DNA of 64,000 bases from an uncultured delta proteobacterium (GTDB lineage: Bacteria > Desulfobacterota > Binatia > UBA9968): assembly GCA_963847445.1 (NCBI GenBank), contig CAWJZV010000042.1, positions 128,001 through 192,000 on the forward strand, read 5' to 3'. Made by a program: the position numbers and the translations under genes. Shown in pieces: positions 1 to 10,029 of the stretch (position 1 is the first letter of the stretch; each line of letters begins with the position of its first letter). A model generated the notes under the pieces. The model was not told where the DNA came from. It did not search any database and saw nothing but the letters and a program-made list of their open reading frames with translations.

Positions 1-72
1 GATAAAAGCTCAGGTGGTTTGCTTTGCTTCGACGGAAAGCCGAAGGGCGCGGGTCAATTGACAGGGCCGCAC

Positions 73-1016
73 ATGAAGAGAGTCACGCTTTACAGTTCCA
101 GCCGTTCATCGATTACCGGTCGGTCAGCGCCGACGGCCAATCCGCATCCCGCCACAGGTCCGGATCAATCCGGACAACGGTTCCTCGGCGAAAGTTCCGA
201 GTCAAAAACCCCGCGCGCGCTGGCGCAACCTATGCGCGCGCTACGAACGCCCGCTTTGGCTGGCAGCCGCCGGGCTGCTCTCGTTACTGGTGGTTTTTAC
301 CCACGGGTTATTCGCGCCGGCGCCGCGTCCGGTCACTCAGGAAGATATTAGCGCCGCAGTGCTGCACACGCTCGAGACGCAAGGTTCTGCCGTCCGCGGC
401 GGCGAAAGCGTACGAGATCATTCGACCGTCGATCGTCCGGGTGCGTCGAATGGAACCGAACAAGAACGGCGAAGAGAGCGAAAAGGGCGTCGGCACCGGG
501 GTCGTGATCGTCGACAAGGGCGTGATCTTGACCAATCTTCATGTGGTGTTCGGCGCCAAGCGGGTGCAAGTCGTGTTCGCTGACGGGCTCGAATCCGACG
601 CCACGGTGACCGGTATGCAGCCTGAGCATGATTTGGCCGTGCTTCAGGCGCATAAGATTCCCGACGATTTGACCGCGGCCACCATGCGCTCCACCGCGGA
701 CCTTGCCATAGGCGATCAGGTTGTCGCCGTCGGCTATCCTTTTGGTATAGGTCCTTCGGCGAGTGCTGGAGTAGTCTCCGGATTGCGCCGCGAGTTCTAC
801 TCCCCGAATGGAAAACGCTTGCTGACCAATCTCATCCAGTTCGATGCTGCGGCTAATCCCGGCAGCTCCGGCGGGCCGCTGGTAACCGCCCGGGGCGAGG
901 TTGTCGGCATCGTCACCGCGATTCTCAATCCGACGAACCAGCGTTTTTTTGTCGGCATTGGCTTTGCGGTGCCCATTGAAAATGCCGCAACCGCTGCCGG
1001 CATGCCGCCGTTCTAG
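73..1016 (+). CDS. S1C (HtrA/DegP-like) trypsin-like serine protease, membrane-anchored, no PDZ; frameshifted 5' part
   Basis: TNLHVV (His), HDLAVL (Asp), DAAANPGSSGGPL (Ser) motifs; N-terminal segment lies in other frames (ORFs 19..351, 290..583). Confidence 0.85.
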
Positions 1017-1047
1017 CGTAATCGCTATCACCACCAAAAAGGGGCTT

Positions 1048-2061
1048 ATGGACAGAGAAACAAACCACAAAGAAGTTGCTTCGCTCATGGAGCGCATCCT
1101 CTACGAGGTGAAGAAGGTCATCGTCGGCCAGGATCGTTTCCTCGAGCGCGTGCTGGTGGCGGTACTGGCGCAGGGGCATCTGCTCGTCGAGGGCGTGCCG
1201 GGTCTCGCCAAGACGCTGACGGTCAAGACACTCGCCAGAACCATTCGCGGCTCGTTCAAACGAATTCAATTCACCCCGGATCTCGTGCCGGCGGATCTGG
1301 TGGGCACGCGCATCTACAATCAGAAGACCGGCGAATTTACCACTTCATTGGGACCGGTTTTTACAAATCTGCTGCTCGCCGATGAGATCAACCGAGCGCC
1401 GGCGAAAGTGCAAAGCGCGCTGCTCGAAGTGATGCAAGAACGCCAGGTTACCATCGCCGGTGAGAGCCATCGTGTGACCGAACCGTTCTTGGTGATGGCG
1501 ACGCAGAACCCCATCGAAACCGAAGGAACCTATCCGCTGCCCGAGGCGCAAGTGGACCGGTTCATGATGAAGGTGCTCGTCGGCTATCCCACCGAAGAAG
1601 AAGAGTTCGTCATCGTCGACCGAGTGACCGGCACTCCCAACGACGTCGTGCCGCTGGCCACCACTGAGCAACTGAGCGCGCTACAGCGCGAGTGTCAGCG
1701 CGTCTACGTCGATCCGGCGCTCAAGCAATATGCGGTGCGGCTCGCCTCGGCGACGCGCGACCCCGATCGCTTCGGGGTTGCCGAAGTGGCCAAGTACGTA
1801 TCTTTCGGCGTCAGCCCGCGCGCCTCGATTAATCTTATCGAGGGCGCGCGGGCGCTGGCGTTTCTGCGCGGGCGCACCTATGTTTTGTCAGACGACGTCA
1901 CAGATCTGGTTCTCGATGTATTTCGCCATCGGCTAGTGCTGACCTATGAAGCGCTGGCCGAAGGCATGACGCCGGATCACTTGATCCGCCGTATCATGGA
2001 GCACATACCGGCTCCCGAAAAGCCGTTGGAGACCCATGTTAGACTTGGCGCAAGCTTGTAA
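1048..2061 (+). CDS. moxR: MoxR family AAA+ ATPase
   Basis: GVPGLAKT Walker A, RIQFTPDLVPAD, LLADEINRA Walker B, ATQNPIETEGTYPLPEAQVDRF. Confidence 0.95.
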   Translation: MDRETNHKEVASLMERILYEVKKVIVGQDRFLERVLVAVLAQGHLLVEGVPGLAKTLTVKTLARTIRGSFKRIQFTPDLVPADLVGTRIYNQKTGEFTTSLGPVFTNLLLADEINRAPAKVQSALLEVMQERQVTIAGESHRVTEPFLVMATQNPIETEGTYPLPEAQVDRFMMKVLVGYPTEEEEFVIVDRVTGTPNDVVPLATTEQLSALQRECQRVYVDPALKQYAVRLASATRDPDRFGVAEVAKYVSFGVSPRASINLIEGARALAFLRGRTYVLSDDVTDLVLDVFRHRLVLTYEALAEGMTPDHLIRRIMEHIPAPEKPLETHVRLGASL

Positions 2062-2233
2062 AATTGGAGTGTTGGAGTGCTGGAATATTGCAGTGGTGGG
2101 TTCCATCCATCATCTCATAACTCGGCAACTCCAGTAAGCCAATGATCTGCCTTGAGCCAACGGAGATGCTTTTCAACGGCGTGAAATTTTTGAACGGTTT
2201 GACCCCTTTCCCCATGCTTGGAGCAATCAGCCG

Positions 2234-3197
2234 ATGAGTCCCGTCGCAAGAATCTGTTCATACGGCCGGCGCCGAGAACATCCTGCGCCGTCTCGAGTGG
2301 ACGGTGCTTCGACGCCTGGACGGGCTGCTGCATGGCAACTATCAGACCCTGTTTCGCGGTTTCGGGCTCGATCTCGCCGATCTGCGCGAGTATCAGTATT
2401 ACGACGACGTTCGCTACATCGATTGGAACGTCACCGCTCGTCTCCAGACGCCTTACGTGAGGGTCTACAACGAAGACCGGGAAGTGATGGCCTGGTTCCT
2501 GCTCGACTTGAGCCCGTCGGTGGACTTTGGCGCCCGCGTGAAGAAGCGTTCCGTCTCGACTGAATTCGTCACCGTGCTGGCGCGGCTCCTGACTCGTCAC
2601 GGCAATCGCGTCGGCGCGCTCTTCTACGGCGACAGCGTGGATACGGTGATTCCGGCGCGCAGCGGCCGGCGCCACGCGCTGCATATTTTGCACAGAATCC
2701 TTTCCCGGCCCGAGCCTTCGCGCTCGGCGGCGACCAACCTGGGCGATTTTCTCCAGACCGCTCTGCGCGTCATGCAAAGACGCTCGCTGGTTTTCGTCGT
2801 CTCCGATTTCATCAGCACGCCCGGCTGGGCCAAGCCGCTCGCGCATCTCGCGCAGCGCCACGAGATCATCGCCGTGCGGCTCTACGACCCATTGGAGATG
2901 GAGTTGCCCGACCTCGGACTGATCACGATGCGCGACGCCGAGACCGGCGAACAATTATTCGTCGACACCCACGATCGCACTTTCCGCAAGCGCTTCGCGG
3001 CTTTGGCCGAGCGCCGCGAGCAGGAGCTGCGTTCGGCGTTCACCCAGGCCGGCGTCGACGCGCTGGAGTTGTCGACCAACGATGATTTGGCAAATGCGAT
3101 TCTCCGCTTCGCCGATTTGCGCAAGCGGCGCAGCCAGTTGGCCGGCGGCGGCCTGCCGCAGCATTTAAGAGGGAGCCATGACGTTTCTCTGGCCTGA
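2234..3197 (+). CDS. DUF58 domain protein (MoxR-associated); frameshift near start
   Basis: LREYQYYDDVRYIDWNVTAR, LLDLSPSVDFG, VVSDF motifs; follows moxR. Confidence 0.9.
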
Positions 3198-4222
3198 GAT
3201 GCTCTGGCTGCTGCTGGTCGTGCCGGCGCTCGTGGCCGGCTATTTCTATCTATTGCGCCGCAAGCAGCAGAGCGCGCTCAAATATGCGAGTTTGAGCATG
3301 GTGAAAGAAGCGATGGGCGCGGGCCAGAGATTTCGCCGCCACATCCCGCCGCTGCTGTTTTTGCTGGCACTGATCGCAATGCTCGTCGCCGTCGCCCGTC
3401 CCGCCGCCGTGATCACCTTGCCGTCGCAACACCAAACCATCATCCTCGCCATGGACGTCTCCGGCAGCATGCGCGCCGTCGACGTGCAGCCCAATCGCAT
3501 TAGCGCGTCCCAGGCCGCGGCCAAAGCCTTCGTCGCCGAGCAACCCTCCAACGTACGCATCGGCGTGGTGTCCTTCGCCGGAACGGCGGCGGTCGTGCAG
3601 GTACCCACGCATAATCGCGAAGACATCATCGGCGCCATCGATCGCTTCCAACTGCAGCGCGGCACCGCCATCGGCAGCGGCATCATCGTTGCTCTCGCGA
3701 CCATTTTCCCCGATGCTGGTATTGACGTGAGCTCGTTGATCTACGGGCGTTACCCGCCGCGCGGCATGCCGCTCGACCAGACCGGCAAAGCGGAAAAGAA
3801 AGAGTTCAAACCGGTAGCCGCCCGGCTCCTACGCCTCTGCCGCGATCATTTTGCTTACCGATGGCCAGCGGACCACAGGCCCCGACTCCATGGAAGCGGC
3901 GCGGATGGCCGCCGACCGCGGCGTGCGCGTCTTCACCGTCGGATTCGGCACGAAAGGCGGCGAGACCATCGGCTATGAAGGCTGGTCCATGCGCGTGCGC
4001 CTCGACGAGGACACGCTCAAAGCGATCGCCGACTTGACCCGCGGCCAATATTTTTACGCCGGCACAGCTACCGATCTAAAAAAAGTCTACGAGTCCCTCA
4101 ACTCCAAATTCTTGCTCGAAAAGAAGGATATGGAAATCACCGCCCTCTTCGCCGCCGCAGCGGCAGTCACCGCGCTGGTCTCCGCGCTGCTCTCGCTGCT
4201 ATGGTTCAACCGAATCCTGTAG
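3178..4222 (+). CDS. BatA-like vWA domain membrane protein; frameshift ~3820
   Basis: N-terminal FLWPEMLWLL, MIDAS DVSGS, GTAIG, then LTDG in ORF 3851..4222. Confidence 0.9.
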
Positions 4223-4260
4223 GCCGCCGCGAAAAAATGTTATCGACGACCGTTTCTTAA

Positions 4261-4534
4261 CCCGACTTCGCGGATTCGCGGGGGTGAAAGCAGTTAAGTA
4301 GTTGAAAAATCAACCTGTGGGGTATCAAGGTCTGCACTACAGAGCCACAGCTGAGGTGACTTGGGTGGTGGTAATCTTTGGTGGTGGTTGCGCTGGGAGT
4401 TGCAGCTTGAGTTTGTCTAAGAGCAGTTGCAGTTCGGGCTCAGGCTGGGTGGTGCGGGTCAGGATGAGCTCGCGACCGTCGGTAGTAGGCAAGTGTACGT
4501 CGATCATCTGCATGGCAGGAGGGCGGAAGTTGGG
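4261..4534 (-). mobile_element. Internally deleted IS1634-family element (transposase C-terminal fragment between imperfect terminal IRs)
   Basis: Minus-strand MIDVHLPTTDGRELILTRTTQPEPELQLLLDKLKLQLPAQPPPKI resembles IS1634 transposase C-termini; ends CCCGACTTCGC and (rc) CCCAACTTCCGC. Confidence 0.7.
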
Positions 4535-4696
4535 GTCAGGTCTAGATCGGTAGCGCAAGGCCGAGATAGAACAAGCGCCAAGCCGGTTATTGGTAATTTA
4601 AATGCTGTATTGAAAAAGAAAAAACTAGTCAAAGGCCACTCTTCGCTCACTAGGCATTGTTTGGACCATCAGTAAGTTGCAGTTTCTGATGAAATT

Positions 4697-4972
4697 ATGG
4701 CAAAGAAGAAGCGAAAATTGACGGCGCGCGAAAAGGCCGAAAAGGCACGGCGAAAGCGCGAGTTTATGACAATCTTTATTCACGGGAAGATGAAACGCGT
4801 CCGTAGACCGCAGCAGATTGACGGGATCGACGCAGACGAATTCATTCGGCGCAATGCAGATCCATTATGGCTGCATCAGAATGAAATGTGGGAGGACATT
4901 GAGGAACGCGGTGCGGGACTCGAAGAAAACTCGCGGCCCGTGAAAACTACACCGGACAAGGATCCATTTTGA
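4697..4972 (+). CDS. Small basic hypothetical protein
   Basis: 91-aa ORF with Lys/Arg-rich N-terminus and NADPLWLHQNEMWE motif. Confidence 0.7.
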   Translation: MAKKKRKLTAREKAEKARRKREFMTIFIHGKMKRVRRPQQIDGIDADEFIRRNADPLWLHQNEMWEDIEERGAGLEENSRPVKTTPDKDPF

Positions 4973-5072
4973 TTTGAGCACCTGCGGGCTTAACCATGCT
5001 CGATCAGACGGCAGGCAAGCCGCCTTGGCCGGCGAAGTTCGAAGCGAGCAATAAAGGAGCAAACAAACGGTC

Positions 5073-5702
5073 ATGGCGGCAAAATCAATAAACTCCGGCC
5101 TCTGTGCGCTGTGCGGACAACGCGCGATGAAATCAAAAATGATCGCCCACTTGGAGGCGTGCGTCCCTGCGCACGACGAAACCGGCCCGCCACAGCCGCT
5201 GGTCATCCTCCGTTTCGGGCAAGCGGGTGAGCCTCGCTACTGGCTCATTATTGAGGCAAAGGCGGACGCACCATTGCGTTACGTGGATAAGCTGCTGCGC
5301 CAACTGTGGCTGGAATGCTGCGGACACATGAGCGCGTTCCGCATCGGCAGGCGCGAGCTGGCGATGAGCACCGCGACTGCCAACGCCTTCGCCAGCGCAG
5401 CGAGTAAGGTGGAATACGAGTACGACTTCGGCAGCACGACTGCGTTGACAGGCGAACTGGTAGGCAAGCGACATGGTTCGATCGGCCGCGCGTCGGTTCG
5501 GCTGCTCGCGCGCAATGAACCGCTCGTGTGGCCATGTGACGATTGCCAAGCCCCCGCGACAGTGGTGTGTCCATTTTGCATCGATTCCGGCGACGGGCTC
5601 TTCTGCGATGCCCATGCCGATGCGCACGAACATGCCGGCGAGGAAGTCTACCTTCCAGTGGTCAATTCACCGCGAATGGGCGTTTGCGGCTACACCGGCT
5701 GA
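5073..5702 (+). CDS. pRiA4b ORF-3-like protein with Cys/His metal-binding motifs
   Basis: WLECCGHMSAF, YEYDFGSTT, CxxC pairs, NSPRMGVCGY; AAGGAG upstream. Confidence 0.75.
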   Translation: MAAKSINSGLCALCGQRAMKSKMIAHLEACVPAHDETGPPQPLVILRFGQAGEPRYWLIIEAKADAPLRYVDKLLRQLWLECCGHMSAFRIGRRELAMSTATANAFASAASKVEYEYDFGSTTALTGELVGKRHGSIGRASVRLLARNEPLVWPCDDCQAPATVVCPFCIDSGDGLFCDAHADAHEHAGEEVYLPVVNSPRMGVCGYTG

Positions 5703-5728
5703 GCGACGCGACAGGTTTCCCATTCGGA

Positions 5729-5863
5729 TTCTGCACCGCCTAACCTCGCCTTCGGTGAGGGGATAAAAGCACACCGAGTTGTCGTGCAGCTTTTGATTTC
5801 TGAATTCATCCTTCGGGTCATTGCGCGCTTTTAATATCGGTAAGTCGCCACCGAATTAATCGC
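5729..5863 (-). repeat. Decayed copy 3 of amidohydrolase 3' end
   Basis: tcgccttc...gttgtcg...tttctgaattcatc...ttgcgcgctttta...tcggtaagtcgccaccgaa aligns with ~10045-10180. Confidence 0.85.
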
Positions 5864-5884
5864 TCAGTGAATTCAAAGGAGCGA

Positions 5885-5913
5885 TTGACAGAATTCTGTA
5901 CGTTATTTAAGAT
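5885..5913 (+). promoter_or_regulatory. Sigma70 promoter of TA operon
   Basis: TTGACA-N17-TAAGAT, then GGAGG before ATG 5934. Confidence 0.75.
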
Positions 5914-5933
5914 ATCTCAATGGAGGCAAACCG

Positions 5934-6215
5934 ATGGCTATTTCATCAAAAGACATAATTTCGCTTACGCGTGCGCGAGCTACGCTGACGGAACTCTGTG
6001 CTCAAGTCCAACGCGAGCATGGCGAGAAAATTCTTACCAAGAATGGGGAAAGTTGCGCGGCCCTCATCGATGCCGAACGGTTGGATTATTATCACCGCCT
6101 GGAGCGCGAGCATATCCACATCAAGCTGCTTGAGGAGGCGGTTCGCGGGTTAGATGACGTGAACGCCGGAAGGGTTATCAGCGTCGCAAAACTGAAAGGC
6201 CGGTATGGCCGGTAA
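5934..6215 (+). CDS. Phd/YefM family antitoxin
   Basis: IISLTRARATLTEL...KILTKNGESCAALI Phd-type N-terminus; overlaps the toxin start. Confidence 0.85.
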   Translation: MAISSKDIISLTRARATLTELCAQVQREHGEKILTKNGESCAALIDAERLDYYHRLEREHIHIKLLEEAVRGLDDVNAGRVISVAKLKGRYGR

Positions 6216-6576
6216 GTCGCCGCTTTTCTTCACTGAGAACTTCACGGCAAATTTAGACGAGGTTCAAAGTTTTCTTTCTGTTGAGGGGCAGTCGGCATTT
6301 CAACGTTTGGTCAAGCGCTTATTCGAGGAAATGTGCCCGCAAGTGTCCCAATTCCCGTTGTCAGGCCGTTCATTCATAGCTCACCATGCTGGTTCGGCTG
6401 AAGCGAAGAAACTGATGGAACGTGTTCAGGATAGGCTTCGGACCGGAGACGATTTGCGCGAATTCGTGGTCGATGACTATGTCGTGCTTTACCTCGTCAG
6501 GCGAACGCGAATCTATTTCATAGCGATCAAACACCACCGGCAGCTATCGTTCGACCTACGCCGCTTCTGGTCGTGA
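6205..6576 (+). CDS. RelE/ParE family toxin
   Basis: FPLSGR, LREFVVDDYVVLY, IAIKHHRQ; downstream of antitoxin. Confidence 0.8.
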   Translation: MAGKSPLFFTENFTANLDEVQSFLSVEGQSAFQRLVKRLFEEMCPQVSQFPLSGRSFIAHHAGSAEAKKLMERVQDRLRTGDDLREFVVDDYVVLYLVRRTRIYFIAIKHHRQLSFDLRRFWS

Positions 6577-6593
6577 CCATTGACGCAGCCGCG

Positions 6594-6745
6594 TCAGCTT
6601 CCCTTCGCCTTCCGTGCCGCGGCGATGTCAGCTTTCGCTGCGCAGATGTAAGCGCACAGGGTTGTTGTGCGGTATGTTCTTTCTGAATTCATCGGTCAGG
6701 CGTTGGCGCGCTTTTAACATCGGCAGGTTGCCGCCGAATGGTGAC
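6594..6745 (-). repeat. Decayed copy 2 of amidohydrolase 3' end (pseudo-ORF fragment)
   Basis: Translates FGGNLPMLKARQRLTDEFRKNIPHNNPVR...IAAARKAKGS* versus FGGDLPTLKARKDLTDEFRKKMLCDNPVR...IAAARKARQT*. Confidence 0.9.
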
Positions 6746-6846
6746 GAAGATGTTGGCGCTTTCGAAGCAATGGCTGGGCGGATGCTCGTTTTATTCCTTC
6801 TACACTTTTGCACTGGGTGTGCTCTTTGGACTTTAGTAAAGAGCGC

Positions 6847-6955
6847 GGTTATGGCGGCTTGGGCATTGGGCTTACGCTGGCACGCAGAATCGTTGAGACT
6901 CACGACGGCCGAATCGAGGTAAATAGTGAAGGCGTCGGCAATGGCAGCGAATTAG
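6847..6955 (+). pseudogene. Histidine kinase HATPase C-terminal remnant
   Basis: Translates GYGGLGIGLTLARRIVETHDGRIEVNSEGVGNGSE (G2 box); no upstream body. Confidence 0.75.
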
Positions 6956-7119
6956 ATCGTGCGGAGCGCTGAACAAATATCTGGCCGACGCCGCCAAAAC
7001 AGCCAGTCCGCATTCGACGCTTTGGTCGAAATAAGTGTTAGTTTTCGACGATATTCAATCCACTTTGAGGTATCGCGTCGTTTGGGAGGGAAATACCGAG
7101 GGAATTGAGGTTTTCATAC

Positions 7120-7135
7120 TGGTACGGACTTTGCT
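7120..7135 (+). promoter_or_regulatory. Putative sigma54 (-24/-12) promoter
   Basis: TGGTACGGACTTTGCT: GG-N10-GC upstream of lipoprotein ATG 7181. Confidence 0.6.
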
Positions 7136-7180
7136 CATACAAAAGTCAGTCGGAACACTAAATTGGGAAGGGTGCAAACC

Positions 7181-7432
7181 ATGGGAAAAATTTCTAAGCT
7201 TCTTGTCATAGCATTTTTATTAAGTGTGGGTAGCGGATGCGCTACTCAGACACGGACCGTCACTACGGAGACCCGCGATGCGCCATCAAACACTGTGGTT
7301 GAAACCAAGACGGAAACAACCGAAACCGGGAGTGAATCCGGTGGCGTGTTGAGCAGCACTGTGGACGTTGTCGGCGAAGTTCTTTCGCTGCCATTTCGCG
7401 CGGTCGGTGCCTTGATCCGCGGAATTTTCTAA
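7181..7432 (+). CDS. Small lipoprotein
   Basis: Signal MGKISKLLVIAFLLSVGSG-C (lipobox-like), Thr-rich middle, amphipathic C-terminus. Confidence 0.75.
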   Translation: MGKISKLLVIAFLLSVGSGCATQTRTVTTETRDAPSNTVVETKTETTETGSESGGVLSSTVDVVGEVLSLPFRAVGALIRGIF

Positions 7433-7591
7433 TTCAGTTCGTGCGGGAGATCGTCACCGGGCTCTTGCTTTGGAACATGGAGATGACTTTATCTGGGTTT
7501 GGATTGGGCCACACGATGAATACGAACGGCTGATCAAGCAACAAAGTTAACGAAACGGCTTCTCGTCAATCTAGCTGTAATTTTACTTGCC

Positions 7592-7630
7592 AAAAAAAAC
7601 GGCGCAGTGAAAACTCACTGCGCCGTTTTT
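7592..7630. terminator. Bidirectional intrinsic terminator
   Basis: AAAAAAAACGGCGCAGTGA-aaac-TCACTGCGCCGTTTTT between convergent genes. Confidence 0.85.
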
Positions 7631-7653
7631 AGCGTTAGTTTGAATATCTAGGT

Positions 7654-7848
7654 CTAATTTCCCCTCGCCTTCCGCGCCGCGGCGATGTCGCCTTCACTCA
7701 GGCGATAAAACCGTACCGAATTATCGCAGAGCATTTTCTTTTAGAATTCATCGGTCAGGTCTTTGCGCGCTTTTAACGTCGGCAGGTCGCCGCCGAATTG
7801 GTCGCGTTCGCGTTCGTTCGGATAATCGGCGCTCACATGACGACGACA
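7654..7848 (-). repeat. Decayed copy 1 of amidohydrolase 3' end (least diverged)
   Basis: About 195 bp aligned to 10030-10228; ends AARKARGN*; internal TAA where the gene has Arg (EF*KK vs EFRKK). Confidence 0.95.
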
Positions 7849-7870
7849 GTCATTTACCATCATTAGACGT

Positions 7871-9571
7871 TCAAAAGTTATTCGCACCGGATTGTTCGTT
7901 GTCGCAGCGCTCGCCCGTGATCATGTCACGATTGGCCCCGCCCGGCGGCACCATGGGGTAAACATTTTCATCGCTGGCGATCGGCACGTTGATGAGGCAA
8001 GGGCCCGGATGGCGCAGCGCTTCGGCGATGGCCGCGGCCGGGTTCTCTGTTTGTCCGAGATCCACGGCGCGCACGCCAAATCCACGGGCGATCGCGGCGA
8101 AGTCCGTATGGCTTTTGAGGTGAGACGCATGATAGCGGCCGCCATAGAAGAGTTGTTGCTGCTGGCGCACCATTCCCAAGTGAGAGTTGTTGAGCAGGAT
8201 AATTTTGACCTCGACGCCTTCTTCCGCGGCGGTGGCAAGCTCGTGCAGGTTCATGAGCAAGCTGCCGTCGCCGCTGAAACAAGCGACCGTGCGGCCGGGA
8301 CAAGCGAGTGCCGCGCCGATGGCGGCGGGCAGGCCAAAGCCCATGGTGCCCAGGCCTCCCGAGGTCAGCCATTGGCGTGGCCGCTTGAATGGATAGGCTT
8401 GCGCCACCCACATCTGGTGCTGCCCCACGTCAGTCGTGACGATGCTGTCGTCGGGCAACAAAGAGGCGACGGTGCGGACAATGCCATAAGGCCGCAGAGG
8501 ATCGTCCGCGCCGGGCATCGCCAACGGGTAGCGCGCGCGAACCGTGTCAATATGTTGCTTCCACTGGCAACGCCTATTCGCCGCGATCATCGGGGTCAGA
8601 GCGGCCAGCGCATCACCGACATCGGCCACCAGCCCCAAGCTCGGCTGCTTGATCTTGCCCAGCTCGCTTGGATCGATGTCGATGTGGAGGATCTTGGCGC
8701 GGGGACAGAACTCCGCAGCTTTGCCAGTAGCTCGGTCGTCGAAGCGTACTCCGAGGCCGACCAGCAGATCGCATTCGTCGAGCAGCATGTTGGTAAAGCG
8801 TGCCGCATGCATGCCAACCATGCCAAGGAAGAGGGGATGGTCATGAGGCAACGCGCCGAGAGCGAGCAAAGTGGCGGCCGCCGGAATAGTAGCCTTTTCC
8901 ATCAAGCGACGCAGCTCTTTCGATGCGCCCGCCGCGATGATTCCGGCGCCGATCAGCAGTAGCGGTTTTTGCGCCGCATTGATCATGGCGGCAGCGCGAT
9001 GCAGATCGTCGGCGGGGCACAGCGGCGGCGGTTCGGCTCGTCCAGGCTCGGGAAGCAAATCCACGTCGACCAGTTCGGTCTGCACGTCCTTCGGAACGTC
9101 CACCAGCACGGGCCCCGGTCGGCCGGACGCCGCGATACGAAAGGCATCGGGAATGACGTCGAGCAATTCCAGGGCGGAACGGACCAAAACGTTATGTTTG
9201 GTAATCGGCAAGCTGAGCCCAAAGGTGTCGACCTCTTGGAAGGCGTCGGTGCCGATCATATTGCGGGGAACCTGGCCGGTAATCGCCACGAGCGGAATCG
9301 AATCCAACTTGGCATCAGCGATGGCTGTGAGCAGGTTGGTGGCGCCGGGCCCCGAGGTGGCAAGGCACACCGCCGGCCGGCCGGTGACCCGTGCCATTCC
9401 CTGTGCGATGAATCCCGCGCCTTGTTCGTGACGCGCCAATATATGGCGAATCGAACTGGCTTGCAGCGCATCGTACAGGGGTAGGTTCGCGCCGCCGGGG
9501 ATGCCGGCAATTGTTGTGACGCCTTGGCGCTCGAGGAGCGCGGTAATGAGTTGGGCACCTGTTAGTTGCAT
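7871..9571 (-). CDS. ilvB: Acetolactate synthase large (catalytic) subunit
   Basis: RHEQGAGF, TSGPGATNL, GTDAFQE, RFDDR, DVGQHQMW, SGGLGTMGFGLPAAIGA, GDGS..N ThDP motif. Confidence 0.93.
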   Translation of the reverse strand: MQLTGAQLITALLERQGVTTIAGIPGGANLPLYDALQASSIRHILARHEQGAGFIAQGMARVTGRPAVCLATSGPGATNLLTAIADAKLDSIPLVAITGQVPRNMIGTDAFQEVDTFGLSLPITKHNVLVRSALELLDVIPDAFRIAASGRPGPVLVDVPKDVQTELVDVDLLPEPGRAEPPPLCPADDLHRAAAMINAAQKPLLLIGAGIIAAGASKELRRLMEKATIPAAATLLALGALPHDHPLFLGMVGMHAARFTNMLLDECDLLVGLGVRFDDRATGKAAEFCPRAKILHIDIDPSELGKIKQPSLGLVADVGDALAALTPMIAANRRCQWKQHIDTVRARYPLAMPGADDPLRPYGIVRTVASLLPDDSIVTTDVGQHQMWVAQAYPFKRPRQWLTSGGLGTMGFGLPAAIGAALACPGRTVACFSGDGSLLMNLHELATAAEEGVEVKIILLNNSHLGMVRQQQQLFYGGRYHASHLKSHTDFAAIARGFGVRAVDLGQTENPAAAIAEALRHPGPCLINVPIASDENVYPMVPPGGANRDMITGERCDNEQSGANNF

Positions 9572-9629
9572 GGGAGCTCTCCTATCTGGATTTGCTCCCT
9601 GCGCGGCTTACGGAGACGGTGGGTGGGCC

Positions 9630-9672
9630 AAAAAAACAAAACCCCCGTCGGCCATCGCGCCGGCAGGGGTTT
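9630..9672 (-). terminator. Attenuator terminator hairpin of ilvB leader
   Basis: Minus strand AAACCCCTGCCGGC-gcgatg-GCCGACGGGGGTTTTGTTTTTTT. Confidence 0.85.
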
Positions 9673-9696
9673 AAAAAATTGTTTACAATTTTCCCG

Positions 9697-9795
9697 CTAC
9701 GACGCGAAAGCCTCGTTTACTAAGACGACTACGACTACGAAATGCAAAGGCCGCGCCTTTAACGCAAGCGGCTTGTAAGTCTCAGCGGTAAACAT
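9697..9795 (-). CDS. Branched-chain amino acid attenuation leader peptide (32 aa)
   Basis: MFTAETYKPLALKARPLHFVVVVVLVNEAFAS*; Val/Leu run followed by terminator upstream of ilvB. Confidence 0.85.
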   Translation of the reverse strand: MFTAETYKPLALKARPLHFVVVVVLVNEAFAS

Positions 9796-10029
9796 GATTG
9801 GAAACTAGCATCAAATGGATCGCGCCGCAAATCGGAGTGATTTATTCGGGCTCAGCTCTTGTCCGGTAGTGTAAGTTCGAGACGGAACCAATCTCCACGA
9901 TCTCTATTGGCAGCCATGAAAAATAATGGAGACGGCGGCAGTGCAACGCTAATTCAATCTGTCTTGGCGATTCACGCGGTCAAGATGTAGGCGGCTGTCC
10001 CCGGTGGCTTGACCGCGCAAATCATCGAT

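Noticed and set aside
6210-6222. cggtaagtcgcc match between the toxin start and repeat copy 3
   Set aside because: Only 12 bp with no flanking similarity; probably chance.
4697-7848. Integron cassette array or CRISPR array
   Set aside because: No IntI or cas genes and no attC-like GTTRRRY-bounded palindromes recognised; the repeats are long, degenerate, coding-derived and separated by kb-scale genes.
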